A DNA stretch of 64,000 nucleotides, from assembly GCF_030028105.1 (NCBI RefSeq), contig NC_092384.1, positions 37,703,553-37,767,552 on the forward strand, written 5' to 3'. The notes beneath the pieces were generated by a model. The model did no database searches and was not told the origin of the DNA. It saw only the letters and a program-made list of their open reading frames with translations. The translations under genes were made by a program, and so were the position numbers. Below are positions 36,834-48,829 of the stretch, in pieces; within the stretch, counting starts at the first letter, position 1, and every line of letters starts with the position of its first letter. This stretch comes from Mobula birostris (Eukaryota).

Positions 36834-39829
36834 GTACGATTAACTATTATGCATCTACCTATTTGTAGCATGCTAAAAGTATTGGATGGAAAATTAATAA
36901 TTAGCAAAGGAATAATTGGAGGAGGCATTAGGATGATGGAAAGGGTCGGGTGGTAGTTTAAACAAGATGTAGGAATCTATACTACTACTACATTTAACAC
37001 ACCCCACCTTAAACCAATGTTCTCTCATAATTTCTCCATGTAACCACTCCTTATCTTCTGTGTTCGCTTATCTGCTTGGTCACGTGCATTTGAGTAGTTA
37101 TATAATTACAGATAGAAGATTTTAATATGCCAAATATTAACCTTGGGTCAGAGTACTAGTACTGTATTCCTATTATGGTGAAAGATGTGCTATGGCAGAA
37201 GCTGTATTCACCTAGTGGCTGAATACAAGTTCAGGGTTTGAGAGATCAGGTGAAATTCAGTTATTTTGCTCTCGGAATCTGGGTTTTGCTAGTAAAACTT
37301 AACTGTCATTGAGACTATGGTAGTTGTGTTCCTTGAACCACTATGGTTTTTAATATGGGGTGGGGGAGGATGCTCCCAAAGTACTCTTGGATAAGTTTAT
37401 AGTCAATAACAATTGTGAAGTCAGAGTAGTGTGTCATTTGAAAGGGAGCCTGCATATGTTAGTATTCCCACGTGTCAAAAGCATTTCCACTATTGTAAGT
37501 GGTGCGTTCAGAATCATGCAGACAAGTAACAGCAGTGCACTGTGTATGTGGCACATTCTATAGACACCGTGCTGTTGATGAAAGGAATGAATGTTTAGAG
37601 TGGGTTGTATTTTTTGTTTGAGCAGGCTGCTGTTTTTTGGGTGGCGTTGATCATAATTGTTGGAGCTGACCTTTTTCAGAGAGTGTCATTAGACGTTTGA
37701 CTTGAGTCTTATAAATGGTGTAAAGGCCCTGTGTTGTCAGATGGTGAGTCATTTGCTCCAGGTTCCCAAACATCTGACCTGTTTCTGTGGTACTAGTGGC
37801 CTTCAGGGTATTGGTTGGGGGGAGGGGGGATTGCTGGCACTGCCATCGAATGTCAGGGGTAAAGGTTAAAGATTAGCTTCATTTGTCACATGTGCCTTGA
37901 AACATACAGTGAAATGCATCATTTGCATTAAAACAAATCTTGGGCAGTCTTCAAGTGTTGCCACGCTACTAGCTCCAACATAGCATGTTTACAACTTACT
38001 AATCCTAACCTGTACATCTTTGCAATGAAAGGAAACTTGAGCACCTGGAGGAAACCCACATAAAGTTAATTGACTGGTACATTTCTGGCATAAACATTAC
38101 TTCTTTTTAACCCCTGCCAAAATTCTTGCTATAAGAATGCATGTACTGCATCATTGCCGGGGAGATGCACAATCTGCACTGTATGTCTGCAGTTCTGACC
38201 TTGTAATGGAAAAAGAAGCCATTAATGAAGCAACTGCATGTGGTTAGGCTGAGACTCAGTCCTGAGACTGAGAGAATGGACATTCAACAACCAAACTTAC
38301 TTTCAGGTGAGACATGAGTTCGGCCATGGTGTTTTTTTTTTACCTTGATGTACATTGAATGCAGATTTGAGATGACTTATTCCCACACTTGTCAAGTGCT
38401 GCTCTTATGTCAAGGGCAGTTGCTCTTGCCTCTCTTCTGGAATTCAGCTCTGGCACATTTTTGAACTTGGATTATCATGAGGTCAGCTGAGTTGTTCTGC
38501 AAAAGCTAAGCTGGGCGTATTGAGAAAATTATAGATAAATACTACTTGATAACTCTGCCGCCTTTCATTTTTTTGTGGTAATGTGTGGTAAGTGGCTAGA
38601 TTCAATTTTTTCTTGATCTTTAGTGAATAGTTGGTTGGGTTGGTAACTGTTAGGGAATTTCCTTTTCCACACAAGACTCAGACCCAGGTATTTGTTATAG
38701 GAGACTCTATTTATGTGACACAGGGAGCAGTCCCTCTGGAGAGAGCGACACAGCTTACAATCAGTGTACGCACCCTCTTTATGGTTGATTCTGAAGGGTA
38801 TGGTTTGTTCAACTTTTCCGTATTTGGTACTGCTCTAAGCAAGCTAGAGGAAAAACACTGAAGTCACATCGCCTTGTGGTGTACAGGTGTACACCTAGCA
38901 GCCAACATCACGGTTACTTATGTCTACAGCAGTAGGCTAGAGGGCAGCACCAGGATTTTCTGCTGATTCAGGCATTAAGCAATACAGACACACAATTCTG
39001 TAGTCTCACAGAGGTATTCACCTGACCCCAGTTGACCAAAATCCTCCACAGTAACAATGTTGTAACTGCACTGAATTAGCTTGGCTGGAGGCATGGCTAG
39101 CTCTGCACTGAATGTCTTGAGTTCTGCATGTGAGGTGTCATTTGGGGCATTACATAGTCTAGCTTTATCCAGTTTTCTCAGCTATTCTTGATGTCATACG
39201 AAGTAAATCATCTTGACCAAAACAACAGTTGGGGATCGTGGGTGCAGGAGTGGGAGAGAGGTTGGAATGTGTCAATTCCTCTGTCTCCTGGTGGCTTTTT
39301 ACTGTCCCACCACTATCAGTCAAGATTTAGTGTGGTAGGGGGCAGATATCATTTTATCTATTGGTTGAGATTGCTGAGCCTCCTTATTTCAATCTCTCCT
39401 TATGAAGAGCTGAATGGCTCCTTTTCAGACAGGGTTAGCTCACTTACCCAGTCTCTTAACCTGGTCTCCCCATATTCACATCACTTCTCCAGCAGTCACA
39501 AGCTGAAAGTCCACATGGACATAATGGAGATTGGAATTGAGCTTGGGTTGCTAGAGCTAAATGCAGCAGCTATACACTGCTACATGCTGCTTAAAATTAT
39601 TTTTCTATGAAAAGGCTATACTTATCTTGGATAGCACATGAATATGAAATATGTAGTGTTCTGTGCAGATGCAAGTGTTGGCTTTTCACAGCGAATAAAA
39701 TTAGAAATAATGGTTTGAGTAATTAGAGAAGAATTTATTTGAGGAAATTCAAGCAAATGGTTAAAATTAATTTAACAAAATATATGAAAATTAAAAATGA
39801 AAGAAAAATGGAACCCAAGCAATACAGGT

Positions 39830-40095
39830 AGTTGCCACAGTACCATAGTGGTTAGCACAACGCTATTATAGCTCCAGAATTTGGAGTTCGATTCTGGTGC
39901 CATTTGCAACGAGTTTGTATGTTCTCCCCATGAGTGCATGGGTTTCCTCTGGGTGCTCTGGTTTCCTCCTACAGTCCAAAGACTACTGGTTAGTAGGTTA
40001 ATTGGTCAATGTATATTGTCCTGTGATTAAGTTAGTTTTAAATAGGTGTGTTACTGGGTGGTTCAGCTTTCTGGCTCAGAAGGGCTTGTTCTGTG
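39830..40095 (+). mobile_element. V-SINE (HE1-like)
   Basis: A box TAGTGGTTAGC, B box GAGTTCGATTC and V-domain GGGTTTCCTCTGGGTGCTCTGGTTTCCTCC. Confidence 0.8.
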
Positions 40096-40600
40096 TTCTG
40101 TAAACAATGTGGAAAGGTGTTTTAGCAGAGGTGCCTGTATAAAGTTCTGATTCTCTGAAAAATTTTTGGTTTGTTAAGCTGTGCACTGAGCCACCTGGTG
40201 GTCCAGTCATGTAATTACAATATATGTTTAGATTGACTATGCATAGTTTTAAATATTTCTATTAAAACTTCTTGACTGTGTTGGGAAGAAAATGCATTAG
40301 GATGTATGACCGGAAAAATTGCAAGTTGTTTTGAAATTAACCGTTACTTTAAAGTTGCTTGAAAAAGGTTAATGAAGAAACATTTTTCATGATTTATATA
40401 TGAAATTAAATTGAACAAATAATGCAGCACATTATTCAAAGGTAATATATAACAAACTATTAAATATGGCAGTAATTTAAGCTAAGTTTATTTTTTCCCT
40501 CCAGGAGGTAAGCAAGCATACTTGAAGCATTGTTGGATAGAATAAAAATGATTTAATCCCTCATTCAAAATAAGTAATTGTGTTTTCTTGGTCATTGAAG

Positions 40601-40727
40601 AAGCCTGCAGACCAGATGATGGGCGTCGAGAAGAGCTTTATCAACAGTTCTATAAAGAATTAGAAGATGACTACAATAAAGAAAAACATGCTGACTGTGT
40701 TGTCATAGCCTTAAGCAAGCAACAGGG
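40601..40727 (+). CDS. NCOA5-like gene exon (127 nt)
   Basis: Encodes DGRREELYQQFYKELEDDYNKEKHADCVVIALSKQQ, similar to NCOA5 RRREELYRQYFEEIQ...PVDCSVIVVNKQ. Confidence 0.88.
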
Positions 40728-40879
40728 GTAACTTTTTATCAGAATTTTTTTACTTTTGTTTACATTTTTGTTGGATGAAGGGCAAAAATAATTACAAACC
40801 CATCATACAGTTCATGCTTGGTTGCAGTTTATGTAACTAGCTTAATGTGCATGTTAAGTGCAAATTATATTGTATAACC

Positions 40880-41064
40880 CAGGGGTTCCCAACCTTTTGC
40901 GCACCGTGGACCGGTTTAATATTGACAATATTCTTGCGGACGTCACGTACATTCAAGTTCAACAGTGGGCGTGACAGGGAATGAGGAAAGGTGCAGCTGA
41001 CTCATATCAGTCCATATCGCCAAATCATTTTGTTTCCTTGCGGCCCGGTGGTTGGGGACCACTG
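40880..41064. mobile_element. hAT (Charlie-like) MITE
   Basis: TIRs CAGGGGTTCCCAACC / GGTTGGGGACCACTG with a perfect 8-bp TSD GTATAACC (40872-40879, 41065-41072). Confidence 0.9.
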
Positions 41065-42154
41065 GTATAACCTAAAAGAGTATGAATAAAAATTTCCATA
41101 TTGCACAGTACTGTAGTGATTTTATGTATTGCTCTGTACTGTTGCTGTTTCTTTAAAAAAAACAAATTTCATGACATATGAGTGACCATAAACATGATTC
41201 TAATGTGGGTCTCTATTGTGGACTGATAGGGGCAAGGGGCAGGCAGAGGGAAATCATGGATGGGAGAGGGAAAGGAGCAGGAAGCACCAGAGAGGCATTC
41301 TGTAATGATCAATAAACTAATTGTTTGGAATCAAGTGACCCGGCCTGGTATTTCAGGGCTGGGTGTGTGCACTGGCACCAACCCCACCCCTGGCACTCTG
41401 CCACCTGTTCCACAACCCTCCTGTGGTGCTCCACCCTCGCCCAGCAACCTTTGCTTCTGCCAGGTTTACAAACTTGTTCCACACTCCCTGTTGACAAATA
41501 CAGTAGTGCAAAAGTCTTAGCCGCTCTAGCTATATATATGTGTCTTAAGATTGTAAGAATATTAGAGCACCAAAATAAAATCACCATGCCATTTTAAGGG
41601 ATAGAATTCTTGATACATTGTTTCAGCCTTTTAAGGTATTAAAATAAATCAAAGCTCAATTTATTTCAATTCTTTCCTTCACACATTTCCCAGAGGCTTT
41701 GTGGTTTGAATTGGATAGTGGGGTGGCAGAATGTTAGTTGGTGAAAATGCATAATTGTAGAGCCTGATCTTTTCCAGTTTCAGGTGTACAAGATCAAAAT
41801 TGTAAAAAATCCTCTGTGGAAAATTGAAATCTTTTTTCTAAAGGTGTACAAAGATTGTTATCACAAATGTTCCATTTTTTGTGTCTATTTAACACAACTG
41901 ATAAATTCTGCTTTATTTTTTTAAACTCGGATTCTTCATTCTCAGTTTTTCATTAGTTAGTCATAGAATAAGATCCAGATTGCTGCGTAGGTGCTAAAGT
42001 TATCCTCTTTTTTTTTTTGCATCTATTATGCGAAAAATTAGATTATGCCTGTCTTTTCCAAACCTTGTGTGTGAGAAGTCATAGCATCTTCAGACTACAG
42101 TATTACATTGTTTGACTAGCCAACCAGAAAATATTAATTTGTTTCATTTTTAAG

Positions 42155-42354
42155 GGATTATGCCAAACTAGTAGGACGACGAGTACAAGAACTGGGCCTT
42201 CTCGTGGATTTGTTATATCTTAAGTTAGAGTTGGCTCTTGATACTGCACTGAAAGATGTTCGTGAAGAAGGTTCCCCGTTTTGTGTTGTTGTGAGTGGAG
42301 AACATCAGACTCTTTCATCTTGCACAGTGATTATTTTGTATGCTGGCCACAAAG
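42155..42354 (+). CDS. NCOA5-like gene exon (200 nt, anticodon-binding-like domain)
   Basis: Encodes DYAKLVGRRVQELGLLVDLLYL...GSPFCVVVSGEHQTLSSCTVIILY, similar to NCOA5 DYAESVGRKVRDLGMVVDLIFL...GSPFAIVITQQHQIHRSCTVNIMF. Confidence 0.92.
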
Positions 42355-43923
42355 GTACATTTTCAGCTTCTATAAATATGCACTTAGCATTCATGAGATG
42401 TACATTTCCAGTGATGCCGCCAAATTATATTGAAATCTTGTCATATTTGACTTGATGTTCTTAATCTGGATTGCTTTACCCTTGATCCAATTGTTGTGTC
42501 CATTGCCAATATTTTTAAGGGGCTTTGTTGCAAAGTTTCTCATAAAGCTATTGGCTCAGAGCTTGCTGTTGGTGGTGCATCTGCTATGCTTATTAAAAAA
42601 AAATTGACCAACTGCAGAGGTAATCCAAAACAAGTTATTTAAATAATATTTTTTAGAATGTCATAATTATTTTTAGTAAGTAAATTATTTAAACCATTCA
42701 CAAATATAAACAAAGCACTAAACTAAATTCAAATGATTGTGGTGGGGGTACAGAGGGGGAATGTAGATCGTCTTATACATGCTGCACCTTTAGAGCAGTT
42801 CTTCTCCAGCCAAATTAGCAGGCTTGCTTTTCCTATGCTGGTTCTAAGTGCCAGAAAATTCGTATCACCTAACATGATATAAATCCATATAATATTCTCT
42901 ATCCCTTGCATTTTATTTTTGTGTACATGCACACAACTAGCAAGTCACAAGTCACCAGAGTTTGGTGCACTGTCAAATCAGGTGGTTACCTGATGATGGA
43001 ATTAAGATTAGTAATGGATATTTTATTTTTATTTTGAGGGTGGGAAATTGTTCTCCAGGTACAGGATGAAAATTTTAGTGGAATTTACTTCACCTGAGAG
43101 ATGAGTATGAATTGATTTGTTCAATTATTACGTTCATATCGAGCAGCTCTAAAAGGAGGTAAAAAAAATTAAAACAGTCAGTATGCTCTTTTGTTTGTCT
43201 TTTTAAAGTTAGATTTTAAGATGAGTTTGACTTCAATCACAGTTTAAAATTTTACATCATATCTAAAAATTGAAATATTGAAGTGCCTGTATTCTAATTC
43301 TTAATTTCCTTAATTTCATATAATTGTAGCAAAGTTTTTGAAATATTTTAATGGTGAGACAGGCAGACCTACATTTCACAATGGATATTCTCACCTTGAT
43401 CAGTAAAGACCTTTATCATTGCATTTGTGGAATAGCAAGGCAGCAGTGAAATCTAGATCTCCATGTTGAAGTGTATACGTAAGAGATTGCTTGATTTCAT
43501 ACTACAGTTTTGACAAATGCTGACTGTTTTGTTGGTGCAACTTATTGAGCTGGAGACTACAAACACTGCAAGGCCAATGAATCAGTTGAACCTGGTTCCA
43601 GGTAATTGAAAGTTTGCTCGATATTGGTAGTCAGGTGAAGTGACTTTGCAGGCCATGTAGGGATTCTGTAAACCGATCAGAGCCAACTGACTTTGGGGTT
43701 AGTCAGTGTCACACAATGAATGATCTGAAATTCAAAAATAATTTATGCAAGGTTTGTCAAATGAGATAATGGTCAATTAGGTAAGAGTCTTATGATCTGT
43801 GTCATGGTATGTGGTTAATTGTACCTAACTGAGCCTATTCTTGAAAACTTAGTTGTGCATTATTACCAAGTACACTGAAGAGAAAGATATTTGATCAAAA
43901 ATAAAGTTGCCTCTATTCAACAG

Positions 43924-44205
43924 AACATCGTAATATGCCCTTGGAAGACGCTTTGGACCTGATTTCACGTGAACATCAACGTATATTTGGTGAAACTTTG
44001 GAAAAAGAACGACTTGAAATTGCACACAAAGCGGCTAATTTGGCAGATGATTATCTTCATCGTGAATCTTACTCTGAAAGTCATGTTGTGCCAAGCACCA
44101 TCCGACATCTTCTATTTCTGCTTGGTGATGGAAAACATCTTTATGCCGAGGAGCTGCAAGCAGTTATTGAGTACTTGAGCAAACGAAAAGAGGATGTTGA
44201 AGCTG
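43924..44205 (+). CDS. NCOA5-like gene exon (282 nt)
   Basis: Encodes EHRNMPLEDALDLISRE...EKERLEIAHKAANLADD, similar to NCOA5 EHRNMPQADAMVLVAR...EKEREEIARQAAKMADE. Confidence 0.92.
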
Positions 44206-44961
44206 GTTGGTTCATTATTTTCTGTTTTCATGGGACATTTTGATGAAGTAATTGAAGAAGCAATTTTCCTTTTTTAAAATTAGTTTTTACTGTGGGTGTT
44301 TTAATGTTGAAGATGGCTTGGCTTAAACTATTTAATTTTTAATATTGTATTAATGGAAATATTCCATAGATGACTCACATGCCTTCTCTTTTGCCTAATT
44401 CTGCATTTTTATGTATGAAAAGATTCAAAATCTTCCTCTATCTTTGTGGTTCATATCGTTAAATATTTATGTTGTTCTGGTCTCCTTATTCAGTTTCATT
44501 ACACATAATCAGCTTAAAAGATTGCTATATGTGAAGGCATGCTTGTGAATTGGAGATTGGTGAAATGCTGCGGATGAAACATCTGGTTTTTCATGCAGGT
44601 CAAAGACATAATTAATTTTGTACGAGGATCATCTAAAGTTGATAGTCGGTTTTGTTAACTAATTAAACATTAATATTTTACTTAATGAAAAGACGTGCTT
44701 AACCAAAACACTAGTCTAAAAAAATAAAGCCAGACAAACCAGGAAATATAAACACAAATAATACTCAGTTTTGTCATCTTTGGAAGTCAATGCCAAAGTG
44801 CTTAACCACATGTAGCCTCAGGGCCAGAGTTTAAACATTCTATTTGTAGTGCAACACAGAAGAATCCATTTACTTTGTGATCTAGAGCTTGATTTGTGCC
44901 TTTTTTTTTACCTGCACTCTAAAGTTGTAACTTTCTTAATCTGATATATTTGCCTTGACAG

Positions 44962-45027
44962 AGGTGAACAATACTTGGCAAAACTATCAGGAAGAGAGAA
45001 CTGAAGCCTATCAATGGCCACATGAAG
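44962..45027 (+). CDS. NCOA5-like gene, 66-nt exon (predicted)
   Basis: gacag|...GAAG|gtaaat; phase 1-1 and open: EVNNTWQNYQEERTEAYQWPHE. Confidence 0.65.
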
Positions 45028-45297
45028 GTAAATGAGCAAAGTTCAAGATTTCAATATTGTGTTCTACCCTAACAAATTTTATTCAAGTGATAAATTATCT
45101 GTTTATCACATATAAATAAAATTACTGGCCTTTGCCTTCAGGTGTTGCCAGTAATTCCAAAAAGAAGTCTGTGCACAAAGAAAGGAATTGTGAATAAATA
45201 AGATCATGATGATAGGAAGTAGAATTTTAGCGGTTAAAAATTTAATTAAGTGTATGTCTTATTTTTGTGCTTTAAAGTTGTTTTCTTTATTTTCCAG

Positions 45298-45489
45298 CAT
45301 CTCTTGTTCAACAAGCTACTGGAACTGAGAGTTACTATGACGTAGGCAGTGTTTCACAAACTTCCAGCAAGCCCAAGCCCCTCCTTCCAACACCAGTCAG
45401 GCCTCCCCTTTTGGGCCATGCTCCTCTTTCTCAGAAAAAAACGCCTCTTTTGGGTGATCGTCCAATTAGGGCTCTACTGCCTGCTCCAG
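45298..45489 (+). CDS. NCOA5-like gene, 192-nt Pro-rich exon
   Basis: ttttccag|...CCAG|gttagc; open in phase: ...KPKPLLPTPVRPPLLGHAPLSQKKTPLLGDRPIRALLPAP. Confidence 0.78.
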
Positions 45490-47252
45490 GTTAGCACTTT
45501 TCCCCAAAACTTAATGCATTCAGCAGTCTGCCACTCATTATTTTGTAATGCTCAGTTGCCTGCAAAATGGTAAAAAAAAAGCTTTAAATGAGTTCAAAAT
45601 GCTTCATCTTTGTTATCTCTCTTTCTAAGCACAACTTCTCAGGTTATTGAACTTTGCATTGCAGAGATGACTTTCATGGTTGCATGTTAAATAAAAGCTA
45701 ATTTTATTCAGGAACAGTGAAATTTCTTGTATTTTTCAATATCCTCTGTAATATGTAGCTCTTTTTAAAGACAGTTCTATAAGAAATGTCTCCTCTACCA
45801 ATGCCCTTTTGCAGTCAGTTTTGCAGTTCATTTTGCGGCATACTAGCCTGAATCAGAGGGTTTTGGGTCCACATCCCACTCCAGAAATTTGAGGATAAAA
45901 ATGTAGGCTGAGACTCCATTGTGGTACTGCTGATACTGCACAGCTGCAGATTCAGATGAGATTTTTAAAGCAGTCTCCTCTTGTCTCTGCTGAGCATCTA
46001 AATACTGGCATGGCATCTTTAAAAACCACTGGAGAAACCCCTGGTGTTGTACCCAAAACTTGGTCCTCAATTGATTTTACAAAAAGAAAATTGTTTTGTG
46101 ATGAATACATGGCTGTATGTGCTAGCATTCCTCACAAGTACATCATTAAACACTTTGGACTAAAAGTATTAAGAGAAGCAGAAGTAGGCCAAACAAACCC
46201 TCAGATGTGCTTACTATTGAAAAGGATTGTGGCTGACTTGATTTTGGCTTCAGCTTAATTTTCTTGCTGTTCCCTTTTACCTTTCGAATTGCCAATAATC
46301 TCTATCTCTTTGCTTTGATTTTTAATTTAATGTCTTGGGCTGCACTATTACTTTTGGGGTAGGGAATTCTGAAGATTCATTAATCTCCTGAGAATAAGTT
46401 CTTCCTCAACTTTTTTTTAAGTGGCGTATCCCATTATCCAAATCTGCATGCTTAGTTCTAGATTTTCTGATGTCCTTCATAAAGGGAAGTGTCTTTTCAG
46501 TATCTACTTTTATCAGATTCCCACAACTTGTCTCTCTGAATTCCAAAAATAAACCCAGCCCAATAAACCTCCTTCCTAAGACAGTACCTTCATTCCCAAA
46601 AACAATGCAGTGAATTTCTCTGAATTGCTTCCAATGCAAGTGTATGTCTCCTTAACTACATGTAGTACTTCAGATACGTTCTCACGAGAAGTGCTATACA
46701 GTCATCACCAGCTATGTCTACTTTTGCACTCCATCTTGTTTGTGGTACTGACCAGATAACTTGTGATTATGAGATACTACATGAATGTTTCTTCATGTGC
46801 CAAGAGCCATATTTCAGATTTTCAATGCTTTTTTTGAAGTTAGACAGAGGGCGCAGGCAAATACAAATCCGAAGACAGTAATGAATAGTTAAACAGATGT
46901 GACTATGATCAGATTAATTAAAAAAATTAGAAGTGAAACCAGGGGAAAATTCTAAAATGAAATTGGTTCTTTGGGATGGATAGAGGAATATAAAAAAGAA
47001 CAGGTTAAAATAATGAACAGAAAACCAATAGGTATCTAGTGGAAAGCATTATTACAGAAGTTTAAAGAAAATTCCCTGACAGTAAGAGTTCAGTTTAAAA
47101 GGATTGTCAGTAATCATATTCTGGTTAGCAATTGCAAGACGTAGATGCTACAGGGATCAGACTTGGATCTCAAAAAATTATAATCGTATATTAATGATTA
47201 AATGAAAATCACTGATTTAATGTAATTTGCACCATCTTTTGTTCTGTTGTAG

Positions 47253-47293
47253 GTCATCCATTAAAATTAGGTGCTAGACTCCAGTTGCAGTAA
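47253..47293 (+). CDS. NCOA5-like gene, terminal coding exon (predicted)
   Basis: tgttgtag|GTCAT...; encodes GHPLKLGARLQLQ*, followed by a repeat-free AT-rich 3'UTR-like stretch. Confidence 0.6.
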
Positions 47294-48122
47294 AGAATAA
47301 CAACTTGAAAGCATTGGAATGCACACTGCATTGGAATAGAGTTTGTATGTTCAATACAACATTATTTGAAGAGCACCAGAAGTATACAGCACCATACCGT
47401 ACTAATACCATGGGATACTTTGATGAATAGTCACAGACTGTGAATTGTAAACTGTAGTATTTTAGCATTTTAGAACGATCCCATTGTAAGTTCAAATTTC
47501 TTTTAAAGGTGTATGCCAGTGTCATGTACAAGGACCATTTTTTTTGTAATTTATCAACGTCGCCATGAATAGTTTTGAAAAGGTTGGGAAAATCCCTTTG
47601 ATAAATGTATCTTTTGCAATGGTTGTTTATTATTTCATTTGTTGGATTGCTTGTTCAAAAATTTCCCTTCTGTTAAAAATCTCTTTTTACAAAGTTTTAT
47701 TGTATGGTGATTTTTTTTAAATGGCGACATAAAATGTACTCTACAATGCCTTTGGACACAAACTCCTTCCATGTGAGTATGTCTATGAAAGTAAATTGAT
47801 CAAGTATCACCATACAATATTATCTTGGCCAGATTTGTACAACTGTTAACTTGACTGCTTTTTTGTACTGAGCATTGTAACAGTGCTGCATTAATTTGAT
47901 GAGAAACAATATGTTCAGTAGATTCCAATTAAAGTAATTAAATTTATTTAATGTATTGAAATACACCTCTCTTAAATGAAGTTTCTAATTATTTTCAAGG
48001 GCTGCTGGAGAGGGGAAACTAGAGAACCATTTCAGAAACCAGAGTTTTCAGAGTTACAATGTGAGACTATTTTAAAGGGATGTCTTTTGTAACAACTGAA
48101 GAAAAAGTCATTATTTAAATGG

Positions 48123-48128
48123 AATAAA
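48123..48128 (+). terminator. Candidate polyadenylation signal of the NCOA5-like gene
   Basis: AATAAA about 830 nt after the predicted stop, with U-rich sequence downstream. Confidence 0.5.
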
Positions 48129-48522
48129 GGTTCCACTTTTCTTCCTAATGCTTTTATTTAAACCTGTAAGTTATTTGGTGCCACACATTGAGGTTTTATT
48201 TAAAGCAGGAAGAAAATCTTTTTGTAATCCAGTGCTGTTGGTTCTTGTTTTCTTGCACTTGCACTTTATTAACAAACAATATTTTGTTGATCCTTTAAAT
48301 TCTTCCCGAGTTCTAAAGTTGCAAACGTGCTTAAGTATTTAATGCAGCAACATACGCAACATGCTGGAGGAACTCAGCAGGTCAGGCAGCATCTACGGAG
48401 AGAAATAAACTGTCGAAGTTTTGCATCATGACCCTCATTCAGGACTCAAAAGAAATGGGGCAGACTTCAGAATAAGAAGGTGGGTGGATGGGAGCAGAAG
48501 GAGTACAGGCTGGCAGGTAACG

Positions 48523-48829
48523 AGAGTGTCTTGGACTTCCAGATGAGTTACACAGCTCTCGTTACATGCACGTGCAGTTCAACTCTGAGTGAAAATGCAG
48601 AAAGTTTGAAGTTAATAACTCGTCTCCTTCCACCTTAGGCCACGAACTTATTAATCATCCCTGCTGTGGACCACTTCTGGAGGTCCAAGACACCGACTTC
48701 TACAAAGAAGGAATAAGTATGCCCCACAACCACTGGACTAAGTGTGTAAATGTAGGAAAAATAAATGTGCTAGGTTTTCTAAAATTGACTGCTTCTACTT
48801 TAGGCCAGGAACTTATCAATCACCCCTCA
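48523..48829 (+). mobile_element. Mariner-type transposon 3' relic nested in a Penelope-type fragment
   Basis: HWTKCVNVG resembles a mariner transposase C-terminus; terminal AACTTATCAATCACCCCTCA|TA. Confidence 0.55.
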
